Source: Squalus acanthias
Lineage: Eukaryota
Reading direction: 5' to 3'
DNA length: 64,000 nt
NCBI GenBank assembly: GCA_030390025.1
Contig: CM059425.1
Span: 89,776,001 to 89,840,000 of the forward strand
In this document: in pieces, positions 1 through 12,902 of the stretch
How the letters are laid out: the number at the start of each line of letters is the position of its first letter
Numbering within the stretch: position 1 is the stretch's first letter
Notes under the pieces: generated by a model
Seen by the model: the letters and a program-made list of their open reading frames with translations, nothing else
The model's database searches: none
What the model was told of the DNA's origin: nothing
Program-made: the position numbers and the translations under genes

Positions 1-843
1 GGAGAGCTGTGTGTACTGAACAGTGTGTTACACAGGGAGAGCTGTGTGTACTGAACAGTGTGTTACACAAGGAGAGCTGTGTGTACTGAACAGTGTGTTA
101 CACAGGGAGAGCTGTGTGTACTGAACAGTGTGTTACACAGGGAGAGCTGTGTGTACTGAACAGTGTGTTACACAGGGAGAGAGCTATGTGTACTGAACAG
201 TGTGTTACACAGGGAGAGCTGTGTGTACTGAACAGTGTGTTACACAGGGAGAGCTGTGTGTACTGAACAGTGTGTTACACAGGGAGTGCTGTGTGTACTG
301 AACAGTGTGTTACACAGGGTGAGAGAGCTGTGTGTACTGAACAGTGTGTTACACAGGGTGAGAGAGCTGTGTGTACTGAACAGTGTGTTACACAGGGAGA
401 GCTGTGTGTACTGAACAGTGTGTTACACAGGGAGAGCTGTGTGTACTGAACAGTGTGTTACACAGGGAGAGAGCTATGTGTACTGAACAGTGTGTTACAC
501 AGAGAGAGCTGTGTGTACTGAACAGTGTGTTACACAGAGAGAGCTGTGTGTACTGAACAGTGTGCTACACAGGGAGAGAGCTATGTGTACTGAACAGTGC
601 GTTACACAGATAGCTGTGTGTACTGAACAGTGTGTTACACAGGGAGAGCTGTGTGTACTGAACAGTGTGTTACACAGGGAGAGCTGTATGTACTGAACAG
701 TGTGCTACACAGAGAGCTGTGTGTACTGAACAGTGTGTTACACAGAGAGAGCTGTGTGTACTGAACAGTGTGTTACACAGTGAGAGCTGTGTGTACTGAA
801 CAGTGTGTTACACAGAGAGAGCTGTGTGTACTGAACAGTGTGA
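1..843. repeat. 35-bp tandem minisatellite (GGAGAGCTGTGTGTACTGAACAGTGTGTTACACAG)n, ~23 copies, runs off the window start
   Basis: Period 35 read directly, with small AG/GT indel variants; lies upstream of the JMJD7 terminal exon, presumably in its last intron. Confidence 0.95.
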
Positions 844-1059
844 ACCCCCAATCAGGATTCCGCCCCTGCCACAGTACTGAAACGGCCCTTAGCAAAGTCA
901 CAAATGACATCCCCTGTTACTGTGACTGTAACAAAAGTAGCCCCAATTTTTCAATTCTTTCTCCAATAATTTCTTTATACCAGGCAGCAGCCTTGTCAGT
1001 CTGCACTGTATCCTATCTATTGCTTCAACATCCTTCCAATATAGTGTGGAGCCTAAAAC

Positions 1060-1500
1060 TCCCTACAGTACTCAAACTTTTGTCTTACTAAGGCTTTATA
1101 TAGAATCGCTATTATATCTCAACTTTTATATTCTTGTATTTTATACTTTTGCCATAAAACCTCTTATTTTGTAATATCCATCGTAGATGCTGCTTTTAAT
1201 GTCTTGTGAACCTGAACACATAAATCCCTCTCCTATTCCACATCACCCAACTGTCCTCCATTAAAAGTATGACTATTTTATATTTTTACCAAAATGTACC
1301 ACCTCACACTTACTGATATTGAATCCCATCTGCCTTTTTTCCCCCATTTCACCTTCTTATCAAATCTCCTTGGAGCTTCTTTTCTTCCCCAGAATTAGTT
1401 AGTATGCCTCCTGTTTTAGAATTGTCTGCAAATTTGGACACCCTCTAGCCCTATATCCAAATCATTTATGTACACAGTCAACAAAAGTGATCTCTGAACA
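1060..1500 (-). mobile_element. Old, degraded CR1 LINE reverse-transcriptase fragment
   Basis: Minus strand has remnants of the CR1 'SKFAD(N)SK' and 'KCEVVHFG' motifs (ttgtctgcaaatttgga; caaaatgtaccacctcacactt). Confidence 0.55.
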
Positions 1501-1824
1501 GAACAGGCACTCCCAGGTCAGATGTATCACATAAAAAAGTAGGTAAAGCTAGTCTTCCAATAATTGTGGCTCAGCCCCAACCTCAGATTAGTACCCCCTA
1601 CTGTCCCAGCGTGGCATTTTCCCCAACACCAACCATCCTGTGGCCTCTCTCGGTGAGATTACCAATCAAGTACCTCATTTCGAGCCCTTGATCAATAAGA
1701 ATGGACGGAGACTGCACCTTCAGAAGAGCAGAGCAGAAAACTGGATGTTTTTTTTTAAATTGAGAAGAAATGCAGCTTTCTGTTCTGTGAGAGAGTGTTA
1801 GCACAAACACAGCATGGAGTTTGA

Positions 1825-1935
<111 letters not shown>

Positions 1936-2878
1936 TTTACTCCGGCAGAGATAAATCCGGATCCAGATTTCCTGAACTTAACCAGATAAATTCAGCCAAG
2001 ATTGTGTGAACTGCACTGTGGGCGGTTTTCAGAAATGCTGTTCACATATGGGCTGGCCTTTTTACTGCGTGCATGATTCGTTACAGTGTGGCCCCGGCAA
2101 ATGACACGCATTTGTCTTCACTTGGGAGAGACAGTGCCAATTACCAAGAGGAAATCATTGCTGCAACTCCAGAGCAGTTACTATCCAACTACAGAAATAA
2201 TGTGCTAGTAAATCAGAATCAAGAAAGTACATCGACCCTGTGTTCATGGGGTATAGTTTCCCAGGCCCAGATGGATAAATACCCTGACATTCAGTGAACA
2301 CGAATCTGCTGCTCCCCAAATGGACATCCATGAGGTGGTTTTCAAGATTGTGCTTTCTGTTCCTCATCACGCGAGGGCGTTTTATAATTTTATTGCTAAC
2401 CTAGTTCATTGGTAGGTAGACTGGTGAAGCAGAGACTTGGGCATATTGTTCAATAGTAGCTCCATGCAAACTGCAAACCTCCCACTATTGGCAATAATCC
2501 ATGTTGTGGTTTGAATAATGCGGATGGACTGACAGATCATCACTGGCATACTACATGGAGCACACTTGCATGACTATTCTGGCTGCATCTGCCTTCCAAT
2601 GTTAACTGTTCACACAGCTTTCAGCAAGATGCAAGAAGCTAGAAACTCCAGGAACACAAGGTCCGAACTGTGTATCAGGCAATGTATTTAGTAATTGTAA
2701 GCATAGACAGTAAGTTTTACTCTACCTCATCAACTGCAATAACAGAGGATAAGACAGCGAGGAGCAGTGGAGCACCAACTTCATTCTACAGGAGAGGATG
2801 ATAGGCACAAAATACAAGAGTCTTGTGGAATAATCTGGATATTCCCGTTTCTCACTATGTATCCTGTGTTAGTTGTAT

Positions 2879-2884
2879 AATAAA
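2879..2884 (+). terminator. Candidate polyadenylation signal for JMJD7
   Basis: AATAAA ~940 nt after the stop, followed by GT/T-rich sequence. Confidence 0.5.
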
Positions 2885-3585
2885 ATATGGATAGTGAATA
2901 TGGTTTCTGTCATTTACAGCGTGTTGTCAATCTTGATTTGGTCCTTTACAGCATGTTGCCAATAGCGGTTTATACACACTACGCCCTAAACCACATGGTG
3001 CCAATAGCAGATTCCAGCCTCTAAACCGGTGCCATTGGTCATTGTGACGTCACTGATTAGCGCGTTCTAAATGCGCACAGTCGGGCTCGGGTAACATTAT
3101 CTCTTACCGCCCAGGATGGGAAGTACTGTGCCGGGGGAGGCCTTTGAATTTTCAATCCGGCTTCTAAGACCCCTCAGTCCCGAAACATCAACTGATGACT
3201 AACTCTCCGACCTGCAGATTATACCAACGCCTCGCTGCGTGTTAACTGACACTGAGTCCTTCATTAAGATGTCAGGGTGAGTGCTGTCAGGTGGCCGTAC
3301 ACTCGAGACAATCTCCAACTGGATCGTGGCCCCTTCCTCACTAAAAGACCCTCATGTTTCAGGCTCAGGCTCTCTCTTGTTCATTCCTTCTGCTCTTCGA
3401 AGGTGCTGTGTTTTAACAACAACAACATAGATTCATAACGGCACAGAAGGAGGCCATTCGGCCCATCGAGTCCGTGCCGGCTCTCTGTAGAGCAATCCAG
3501 TCAGTCCCACTCCCCGCTCTATCCCCGTAGCCCTGCAAGTTTATTTCCCTCAAGTGCCTATCCAGTCTCCCCTTGAAAACATTGA

Positions 3586-4324
3586 GGGCTGGATTTTCAA
3601 TGACCCATGGAGTCGGGTTTGGAGGTGTGTGGGGGGTTAAATTTGCGGGGTCGGGGTTTCCGACCCCATCCCGACTCCATCCCGCCTCCACGCAATTTTG
3701 ACAGAATCAGTCGCGGGGTTCCCGACTCCGTCCCGCCTTCAAGAGGCGGGAGAGGCCATTAAAGCCCTTAACAAGCTCTAAATTGGCTCTGTAATGCCAT
3801 TTTGAAACGCTGTAGCTAGTTTAACCCTCTTCTGACGTGAAGCACGCCTGGTGTGAAACTCCAGTGAAACCTGGCGGGAGCACAAGTGGATAGCTGACTA
3901 TCGGCTGCAGGTCCACTATTACAACGGAGATGTGATGAAGGTAGTAGTAGTATTAGGTCTAAACGTCGCCTCTGATGCTGCTGCATTGAATGTCTTCAGA
4001 GACTGCCTGGGAGGACTTGGTTGCAAAAAAAATTCTCTCTCTCTCCCACCCCCATTTTTGCATCCAGTCCCACTCACATCAAAAGCCAGGCAGGTCCTCT
4101 CTCACCAACAGTCTCTGAGACTAGGCAGTCAGCAATGATGACATCATCAGAGGCGACTTTCAGACTGAAAACACTAATTAGTTCATGGGTTCCCACATGC
4201 TCCAACTCAATTGCCCAATTAAGTGAAAATTGCATCAAGCATCCACATTAATCTGGAGTCGGGGGGGGAAACACGAAATGCGGATTACACGACCCCAACC
4301 CGACCCCAAGACAAAATCCAGCCC
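3586..4324. mobile_element. Non-autonomous PIF/Harbinger-type MITE, 739 bp
   Basis: 12-bp TIR GGGCTGGATTTT / AAAATCCAGCCC; TGA duplicated at 3583-3585 and 4325-4327; removing it restores the CR1 frame (EAETL-NVFKGRLD). Confidence 0.85.
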
Positions 4325-6697
4325 TGAGTGTCTCCGCTTCCACCGCTTCCGTCGGCAGTGAATTCCAGGTCATCACCACTCGCTGTGTAAAAAAGTTTTT
4401 CCTCACATCCCCCCTGTATCTCTTGCCCAAAACCTTAAATCTGTGTCCCTTAGGCCTTGTACCATCAACTAGTGGGAACAGCTTTTCCCCGTCTAGCGTA
4501 TCCAAACCCGTCATAATCTTGTACACCTCTATCAAATCACTCCTCAACCTCCTTTGCTCTAATGAAAACAAATCCAGCTTCTCCAACCTGTCCTTGTAGC
4601 TAAGATCCCCCATCCCCAGAACCATTCTGGTAAATCTCCTCTGCACCCTCTCAAGGGCCTTCACATCCTTCCTAAAGTGGGGTGACCAGAACTGGACGCA
4701 ATACTTCAGTTGTGGCCTAACCAGCGCTTTATAAATGTTCAGCATAACTTCTACTTTTGTACTCAATACCTCTATTTATGAAGCCCAAGATCCCATATGC
4801 TTTGTTAACTACTCTCTCAATATGTCCTGCCACCTTCAGGGACCTATGCACATTAACTCCCAGGTCCCTCTGTCCCTGCACACTCTTTAAAACTGTGCCA
4901 TTAAGTGTATATTACCTCTCCCTGTTCCTTCTGTCAAAATGCATCACCTTACACTTCTCTGTATTAAATTCCATCTGCCACTTGTCTGCCCATTCTGCCA
5001 GCCTTTCTATGTCCTGTTGCAGTCGATTGATATCATCACTGTTTGCCACACCCCCAATTTGGTGTCATCGGCAAATTTAGAAATTCTTCTCTGTATTCCA
5101 ATATCCAGGTCATTTATATATATCAAAAAAAGCAGTGGCCCCAGCACTGACCCTTGGGGAACACCACTGTCTACCATCCTCCAGTCTGAAAAACAGCCAT
5201 TTACCACAACTCGCTGTTTTCTGTCCTTAAGCCAATTCCTTATCCAAGCTGCCACTCACCCACCTATTCCATGAGCCTCAATTTTGTTAACCAGCCTTCT
5301 ATGTGGTACTTTGTCAAACGCCTTCCAAAAATCCATGTAGACAACATCCATTGCATTCCCTTCATCAATCCTCTCTCTTACTTCATCAAAAAATTCAATT
5401 AAATTAGTCAAACATGATCTTCCTTTTACAAATCCGTGTTGGCTCTCCTTAATTAGCTTAAACTTCTCCCAAGTGCCCGCTAATTTTTTCCTTGATTATT
5501 GTTTCTAAAACTTTACCCACCACTGATGTTAGACTGACCGGCCTGTAGTTACTAGGATTGTCCTTACACCCTTTCTTGAACAATGGTGTCACATTTGCCA
5601 CTTTCCAATCCTCAGGCACCTCCCCCGCATCTAGGGAAGATTGGAAAATTATGGCAAGCCCTTCCGCTATCTCCTCCCCCAATTCCCTTAGCAACCTGGG
5701 ATGCAAGCCATCTGGACCAGGCGACTTGTCCACTCTCAGCATACCTAGCCTTTCTAGTACATCCTGTCTATCAATTTTCACCTCTTCCATTGCTTCTACC
5801 TTTTCCACTTCTACCGATATTTTATCAGCAGCCACCTCCTTAGTAAACACTGATACAAAGTACTCATTGAGTATTTTAGCCTGGCCCTGCACCTCTAAGC
5901 ATATATTATCTTCTTTGTCTCTAATAGGCACCACCCCGCCTCTTACTACCCGCTTACTGTTTACATGCCGGTAGAAGTTTTTTGGGTTCCCTTTTATGTT
6001 AACCGCCATTCTACTCTCATATTCTCTCTTTGCCAATCTTATTTTCATCTTCACATCCCTTCTCAACTTATTGTATTTGGTCTGGTTCTCCCTTGAAGAA
6101 TTCACCTGATATGCATCATACACCCTCTTTTTTTGTTTCATCATCTTCTCTATCTCCCTCGTCATCCAAGGAGCCCTTGCTTTGGTTCCCTTACCCTTCC
6201 CTCTTGTTGGAATGTACCTAGCCTGTACTTGGAGCATCTCCTCCTTAAAGATCACCCATTGTTCTGTTACAGTTTTTCCTGTCAGTCTTTGGTTCCATTT
6301 TACCCTGGCTAGATCCTTTCGCATCCCATTGAAGTTAGCCCTATTCCAGTTCCACTCTAGATTGTTCCTTGCTCCTCTCCATTGCTAATCTAAATCTTAT
6401 GATACGATGATCACTCGTACCCAAGTGTTCTCCCACAGACACTTGGTCGGCCTGGCCCACCTCATTCTCCAGCACCAGATCCAGCAATGCCTCCTTCCTA
6501 GTTGGGCCAAGAACATATTGAACAAGGAAATTCTCCTGAACACATTTCAGAAATTCCTCCCCCTCCTTTCCCTTTACCCTAGTATTATCCCAATCGATAT
6601 TTGGGCAATTAAAGTCCCCCAATATCATCACGCTATAGCTCTTGCATATCCCTGCGATTTCCCTGCAGATTTTCTCCTCTACCTCCCTCTCACTATT

Positions 6698-6930
6698 TGG
6701 ACAAAAATGAGAAGTCGCACAACACCAGGTTATAGTCCAACAGTTTTATTTAAAATTACGAGCTTTCGGAGCTACTGCCCCTTCGTCAGGTAAAGGTACC
6801 TTTACCTGACGAAGGGGCAGCAGCTCCGAAAGCTCGTAATTTTAAATAAAACTGTTGGACTATAACCTGGTGTTGTGCGACTTCTCATTTTTGTCCACCC
6901 CAGTCCAACACCGGCATCTCCACATCATGA
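6698..6930. mobile_element. Truncated Penelope-like element: inverted pair of terminal repeats (200-bp palindrome) plus ~33-nt tail
   Basis: Arms 6698-6797 and 6798-6897 with 1 mismatch; TCACTATTTGGA duplicated at 6690-6701 and 6931-6942; same sequence flanks the GIY-YIG element at 14784. Confidence 0.85.
6806..6831 (+). ncRNA. Minimal type-I hammerhead ribozyme-like core (mirror copy on - strand at 6764-6789)
   Basis: CUGACGA-A-GGGGC(AGCA)GCUCC-GAAA followed by GCU-C-GUAA; upstream UUAC can pair with GUAA. Confidence 0.6.
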
Positions 6931-7429
6931 TCACTATTTGGAGGCCTATAGAATACCCACAATAGCGTGATCATACCCTTTTTGCTCCTCAACTCTAACC
7001 AAATGGATTCTGTCCTTGTCCCCTCAAGAACATCCTCCCTTTCCAACACTACAATGTCTTCCTTAATCAGCACTGCCACCCCACCTCCCTTGTTTCCTTC
7101 CCTATCTTTTCTGAACACCTTGTACCCTTGAATATTAAGTGCCCAGTCCTCACCGTTTTCAAGCCACGTTTCCGTTATTGCCGTCAACATCATATTGCCA
7201 CACAGCTAATTGTGCTTGTAGCTCACCAACCTTATTCACCACACTTTGTGCGTTTACGTACATGCATTCTAAACCCATTTTTGAATTTTTCATGGTCTTT
7301 CTTAGTCTGCTCCTATCTAATATGGTACTACTACCACCTCTAGTACTATCTTCTCTAGTACTATCCAACACACTCACTCTTTTATGCACCTTATTCCTCT
7401 TTTCTACTCCAATATGCTGGTGCCCACTT

Positions 7430-7950
7430 GTATTTATACAGCTCCTTTAATGTAGCAAAACATCCCAAGCGCTTCACAGGAGCGTAATCAGACAAAATTT
7501 GACACCGAGTCACATGAGATATTAGGACAGCTGGTTTGGTCACAGAGGTAGGTTTTAAGGAGTGTCTTAAAGGAGGAGAAAGAGGTAGAGAGACGGAGAG
7601 GTTTAGGGAGGGAATTCCAGAGCTTCGGGCCTAGGTAACTGATGGCACGGCCGCCAATGGTGGGGCGATGATAATCAGGGATGCGCAAGAGGCCAGAATT
7701 TGGAGAAGCGCAGAGGTCTCGGAGGGTTGTAGGGCTGAAGGAGATTACAGAGATGGGGAGGGGCGAGAGCACAGAGCGATTTGAAAACCAGGATGAGAAT
7801 CTTAAAATTGCGGCGTTGCTGGACCGGGAACCAATGTAGGCCAGCAAGCACAGGGGCGATGGGTGAACGGGACTTGGTGTGAGTTAGGATACAGGCAGCT
7901 GAGTTCTGAATAAGCTCAAGTTTATGGAGGGTGGAAGATGGGAGGCCGAC
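7430..7950 (-). mobile_element. L2-clade LINE 3' fragment
   Basis: KLELIQNSAA...LHWFPV...FKILIL and GGRAISYLGPKLWNSLP...FKTLLKTYL motifs. Confidence 0.85.
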
Positions 7951-8129
7951 TGATTCTTTAGTTGTCCCCCCCAAAAAAATGACATTGTTACTCTTCTCCA
8001 GCTAGGTCACAGAAGTAAGAGTCCAACATTATGCTACCATTAAATATAAATTCAATTATTTTCTATAAACAAAGCTTGCATCAAACCAAACTTATGCGCA
8101 AACCAAATTTTCCAGAAAGAGACCAACCA

Positions 8130-9116
8130 GAATAAAATTAAAGGCTCTTTATCTGAATACATGCAGCATTCGTACCAAGATAGATGAGTTGACGGCACAA
8201 ATAGAAATAAATGGGTATGATCTGATAGCCATTACAGAGACGTGGTTGCAAGATGACCAAGGCTGGGAACTGAATATTCAGGGATATTTGATATTTCGGA
8301 AGGATAGGCAGAAAGAAAAAGGAGGTGGGGTAGCTCTGTTAAGAAAGGATGAGATCACTGTAGTGGTGAGGAATGCTGTTGGCTCAGAAGCTCAAGATGT
8401 AGAATCAGTTTGGGTGGAGATAAGAAATAGTAAGGGTAAGAAGTCACTGGTGGGGGTTGTATAGAGGGAGGCCCCCTAACAGTAGCTATACTGTAGGACA
8501 GAGTATAAATCAAGAAATAATGGAGGCTTGTAAGAAAGGTACTGCAATAATCATGGGCGATTTTAATCATCATATAGATTGGACAAATCAAATTGGCAAG
8601 GGTAGCCTTGAGGACGAGTTCATAGAGTGTATTCGGGATGGTTTCTTAGCGCAATACGTTGAAGGACCATCCAGGGAGCAGGCTATTTTAGATCTGGTAA
8701 TGTGTAATGAGACAGGATTAATTAATGATCTCATAGTAAAGGATCCCCTCAAAAAGAGTGATCATAGCATGGTTCAATTTCAAATTCAGTTTGAGGGTGA
8801 GAAACTTGGGTCTGAAACTAGTGTCCTAAACTTAAATAAAGGCAATTACAAGGGTATGAGGACAGAGTTGGCTAAAGTGGACTGGGAAAATAGATTAAAG
8901 GGTAAGATGGTCGATCAGCAGTGGCAGACATTTAAGGAGATATTTCATAACTCTCAGCAAAGGTATATTCCAGTGAGAAAGAAAGACTCTACGAGAAGGA
9001 TGCACCATCCGTGGCTAACTAAGGAAGTTAGGATGGTATCAAATTGAAAGAAAAGGCATACAATGTTGCGAAGATTAGTGGTACGCCAGAGGATTGGGAA
9101 ATTTTTAGAAACCAGC
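8130..9116 (+). mobile_element. CR1 LINE ORF2 N-terminal (APE endonuclease) fragment
   Basis: IAITETW, GGGVAL, RPPNSS, GDFNHH, ILDLVMCN, SDHSM motifs. Confidence 0.9.
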
Positions 9117-11174
9117 ATTGAAATCCATCTGCCACAATTTTGAGGAAACATTTAGCTGTGATTTTTTAAAAGTTGAAATAGAATTTAATTCAATTACAAT
9201 GACTATCTTGGGAAAGTATTTGTTTCTGAGAAAGCTGGTTTGGATTTTTCCTCAGCACACACTTCACAAGCCTGTGTCGTTAGGGGAGGCATTCATTAGC
9301 TACCGTGTCACCACATAAATCAAATGGCTACATTCCAGCCACAGTAACTTTCAAACGGGAATTGGATATATACTTGAAAAGGATAAATTTGCAGAGCTAT
9401 GGGGAAAGAGCAGGGGAGTGGGACTAACTGGAGAGCTCTTTCAAAGAGCACAATGGCCTCCTCCTGTGCTGTATGATTCTATGATACAGTTAACACTCAG
9501 GAGACACAGCCCAGCTATCAAGCCTCGGCCTCCCAACCTGGTATTAACATGTGTTAAGCTATATCTACCTCCAGCTCTGTTATCCAGAAGTCTTTTCGGC
9601 AGTTTTGCTGATTGGATTTACACCTGATGCTCCCCGCACAAACTATCAGCGCTCCTGTGCTCCTCTGGGAGTCTGATCTGGCCAAGAGGAATTTGAGCTT
9701 AACCTGCTGACCCTAACTCATTAGATACTGCTAGACTTGTCAGGAAGACGGGTTGATGTCAGTTCTCCAGTAGCCCCAGGTCTGAGCATACCAGCTCCAG
9801 AAGTCCCATTACCCTGGGATGGAGCCTTGCTCTGGATCTTCTGCGCGCCCCACATTTTGATGATTGAAAGGGTTTTCTCTGTCTCATTCCGTGTAGTCTG
9901 GCAGCCATAGAGTTTGGAAGAACCTATGAAATCAACGGCACCTCTAAATGATGCAGCATTTCCTCCAGCCATACTGGAGCGTCTGGTTAGATGATGTGCT
10001 GAAATTCTGGCGTTGAACCTACAACCTTCTGACTTGGAGGCCAAAGGGCTGCCCAGTTGACGAGGGAAAGAGAGAAGGCCCCTGGAGCCAATGTGATAGA
10101 CATAGCTTGCCACTTTTAGCCATTGTTTGCGGCACATCTCCACGCCGGAAAACCTCCCACCTAGGATTTGTCCAATGTTGACAATTCTCAGAATGAGAGG
10201 AAGGTGTGTAGCTGCGAGGTAGAAATGAAGAGGGAGGGAGAGAGGGGCACAGAGAGGGAACCATAGAGAAGGAAAGAGGCTAAAACATTTTCACCTTTGG
10301 ATTGCTGCGCAACCAGAAGTAGTTCCGAGTACCCATTATGCTTCTCAGATGGTAGAGTCCTATTTCACTGGACAATTATTTTCTCAAGTCTCTGAAATGG
10401 AAGGGTGAAGCCCCCCACCCCACACACCAAAAACAGCTAATATTTAACAGTTAGTGTCCTGTTTAAGTGTCCACCCCTTGTAACACATTAATTGTGGCTT
10501 GAGTGACCCCATATATTGTTCAATCCAGACTGATAGTTTAATCATCTATGCCCTCTGCTGGCTGGAAGGATTGTATATCGACGCTGTTACATCTATCGCT
10601 TCACATTGTGGGACACTGATACCTGTGCACTGGCTCCTCATATTTACATTGCTAACAATATTGGAAAGGATTTATCGGAATAATAAAGCAAGCCCATCTT
10701 CTACTCTACCATCTGAAGTATTTCCAGACTAACTTGCCCAATGTATTCAATCACATCTCTATTATTTTAGTGAAGGATTGTCTAAAAACAGGTTTGGTCT
10801 GTTAGTTCGGTGGGAAAACTTCATTCAAAAGGCTAGACAAACGATCTGCCCTTTCTCTGTTTTCAAATGGCAGTTAATGTCATTTTTAAGTGATTACTGA
10901 AGGTAAGTGAGGCAGCAGAGCTAAGACAAGGGTTATTTATTTGGGAAACGAATAAAACAAAGCTGAGCAAAGGGTCCTTTTCCAAAATTAATTCTCATGA
11001 TGTGGCCATCGCTGGCAAGGCTGCATTTATTGCCCATCCCTAGTTAGCCTGGGAAGGTGGTGATAGGGTTGCCTGCTCTGGTTGGACTTATTCCTGGAGA
11101 TTCGGTCACAAGATATATTAATGCATTTAACATTGTATCGCAAAAATGAATGCCCTCCTTTAAATGTCCATTAT

Positions 11175-11402
11175 TATTTCTTAATCTCATTTGGGTGCAA
11201 TAGCAATCCCCTTTAGCTATTCACTCACATTCTGTGTCTCGTGCATGTCTTTTATTTCTCTCATTATGCCTTGTTTTGTCTCCTGCTAATATCACCTCTG
11301 CCAGTTAACCATCTCCGAGAAGCAAATCTTTGGTAGCATCCTTGCCTCTGAGTCAGAAGGTGCAGGGTTCAAACCTTGCTCCAGACAGAGTGGAGACCGG
11401 AG
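11175..11402 (+). repeat. ~230-bp direct repeat, copy 1 (copy 2 at 12670-12902)
   Basis: tatttcttaatctcatttgggtgc...ccagacagagtggagaccggag occurs twice with scattered differences; ends in a tRNA-like SINE head. Confidence 0.85.
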
Positions 11403-11799
11403 CTCTGGCTCGGAATTGACATCCAGCGGGATACTCATGTCTGGTGGGTGTGGGTGTGGGTGTGGGTGGCCCTGCCCTCATCGTATGGGTTGTGGGAGTG
11501 CATTAAACCCTCCCACCTATAGGGCTAACCACCCTATTGGCTGCTATAAAGATGGCTATGGCCATGGAAGGAGCATTCCCGTCACTGCCTGTTAATCAGC
11601 CTGTGAATCCTTCTACTTCACACTGTTCTTCGGGGGAAGAGTGCAAAGATACAACAACCATCTCCTGTTCTTCACCCAAGCAGTTCACAGGTCATTCTAC
11701 TTCTTTTCCTGTGTGTGGGTTTTTGTTGTTTGTATTTTCCCCTTTCCTTTGTTCTGTTCCTTTTTAAATGCTGTTCATAATTTCTTCTAGTTCTGAAAT

Positions 11800-12350
11800 T
11801 GTGTCCAATTTTGGGCACCACACTTTCGGCAGGACATGAAGGCTTTGGAGAGGGTACAGAAGAGATTTACTAGAATGGTTCCAGGGATGAGGGATTACAG
11901 TTATGTGGAGAGACTGGAGAAGCTGGGGTTGTTCTCCTTAGAGCAGAGAAGACGAAGAGGAGATTTGATAGAGGTGTTTAAAATCATAAAGGGTTTAGAT
12001 TTAGTAAATAAAGAGAAACTGTTTCTAATGGCTGACGGGTCGATAACGAGAGGACACAGATTTAAAGCGATTGGCAAAAGAACCAGAGGCGACGTGAGGA
12101 AAAACTTTTTTATGCAACGAGTGGTTAGGATCTGGAATGCGCTGCCTGATAGGGCGGTGGATACAGATTCAATAGTAGCTTTCAAAAGGGAATTGGATAA
12201 ATACTTGAAAGAGATAAAATTGCAGGGATATGGGGAAAGAGCGGGGAAGTGGGACTAACTGGATTGCTCTTCGAAAGAGCCGATGCAGGCTCGATGGGCC
12301 AAATGGCTCCTTCCGTGCTGTACTATTCTAGGATTAAGTGATTCTATAAT
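11800..12350 (+). mobile_element. CR1 LINE 3' end
   Basis: ERVQKRFTRMVPG...RKNFFMQRVVRIWN plus 3' UTR and (ATTCTAT) tail. Confidence 0.9.
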
Positions 12351-12669
12351 TCTATAAAATGTTATTTTCCATTTCTCCACAGATACTGCCTGACCTGCCT
12401 TTTTTCAGGTTGTTTTTCAGTTGCATGTTTTATGAGTTGTCAACTTTTCTGGGCCTGTGCTGGCTTTTTTGAAGTGTGCAGTCTATCGAATTCTAGTGTG
12501 AATAATCAGCTTGGGAGCTTTACATTGTGCTCTTCTTTTGCTGGACAGAAAGCGATCCTTGTCATTCTTCAGCTACACCACTAGATAGAGCCAGTGTGTT
12601 GTCCTGAAGAAAAGGCTTGCCCTGAACTTAATTACTTTGGACTGGTGGATGGGTGCACCACTCTCGGTA

Positions 12670-12902
12670 TATTTCTTAATCTCATTTGGGTGCTAGCCTG
12701 AGCAATCCCCTTTAGCTATTCACTCACGTTCTGTGTCTCGTACATGTCTTTTATTTCGCTCATTATGCCTTGCTTTGTCTCCTGCTAAAATCACCTCTGC
12801 CATTTAACTAATCTCCTAGAAGCAAATCTTTGGTGGCAACCCCGCCTCTGAGTCTGAAGGTGCAGGGTTCAAACCTTGCTCCAGACAGAGTGGAGACCGG
12901 AG
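12670..12902 (+). repeat. ~230-bp direct repeat, copy 2
   Basis: See 11175-11402. Confidence 0.85.

Larger units (their letters stand above)
3426..7420 (-). mobile_element. CR1 LINE, near-complete ORF2 (APE endonuclease + RT) with frameshifts; interrupted by a MITE (3586-4324) and a Penelope palindrome (6698-6930)
   Basis: Motifs [76 protein letters not shown], plus a CR1 3' UTR. Confidence 0.95.

Noticed and set aside
1-843. Regular repeat resembling a CRISPR array, and Cys-rich ORFs 490-696 and 768-1091
   Set aside because: No unique spacers, eukaryotic context and no cas genes; the ORFs are translated satellite.
9721-10143. 140-aa minus-strand ORF with a possible acceptor near 9923
   Set aside because: No recognisable homology, partly overlaps a SINE remnant, and no partner exons were found.
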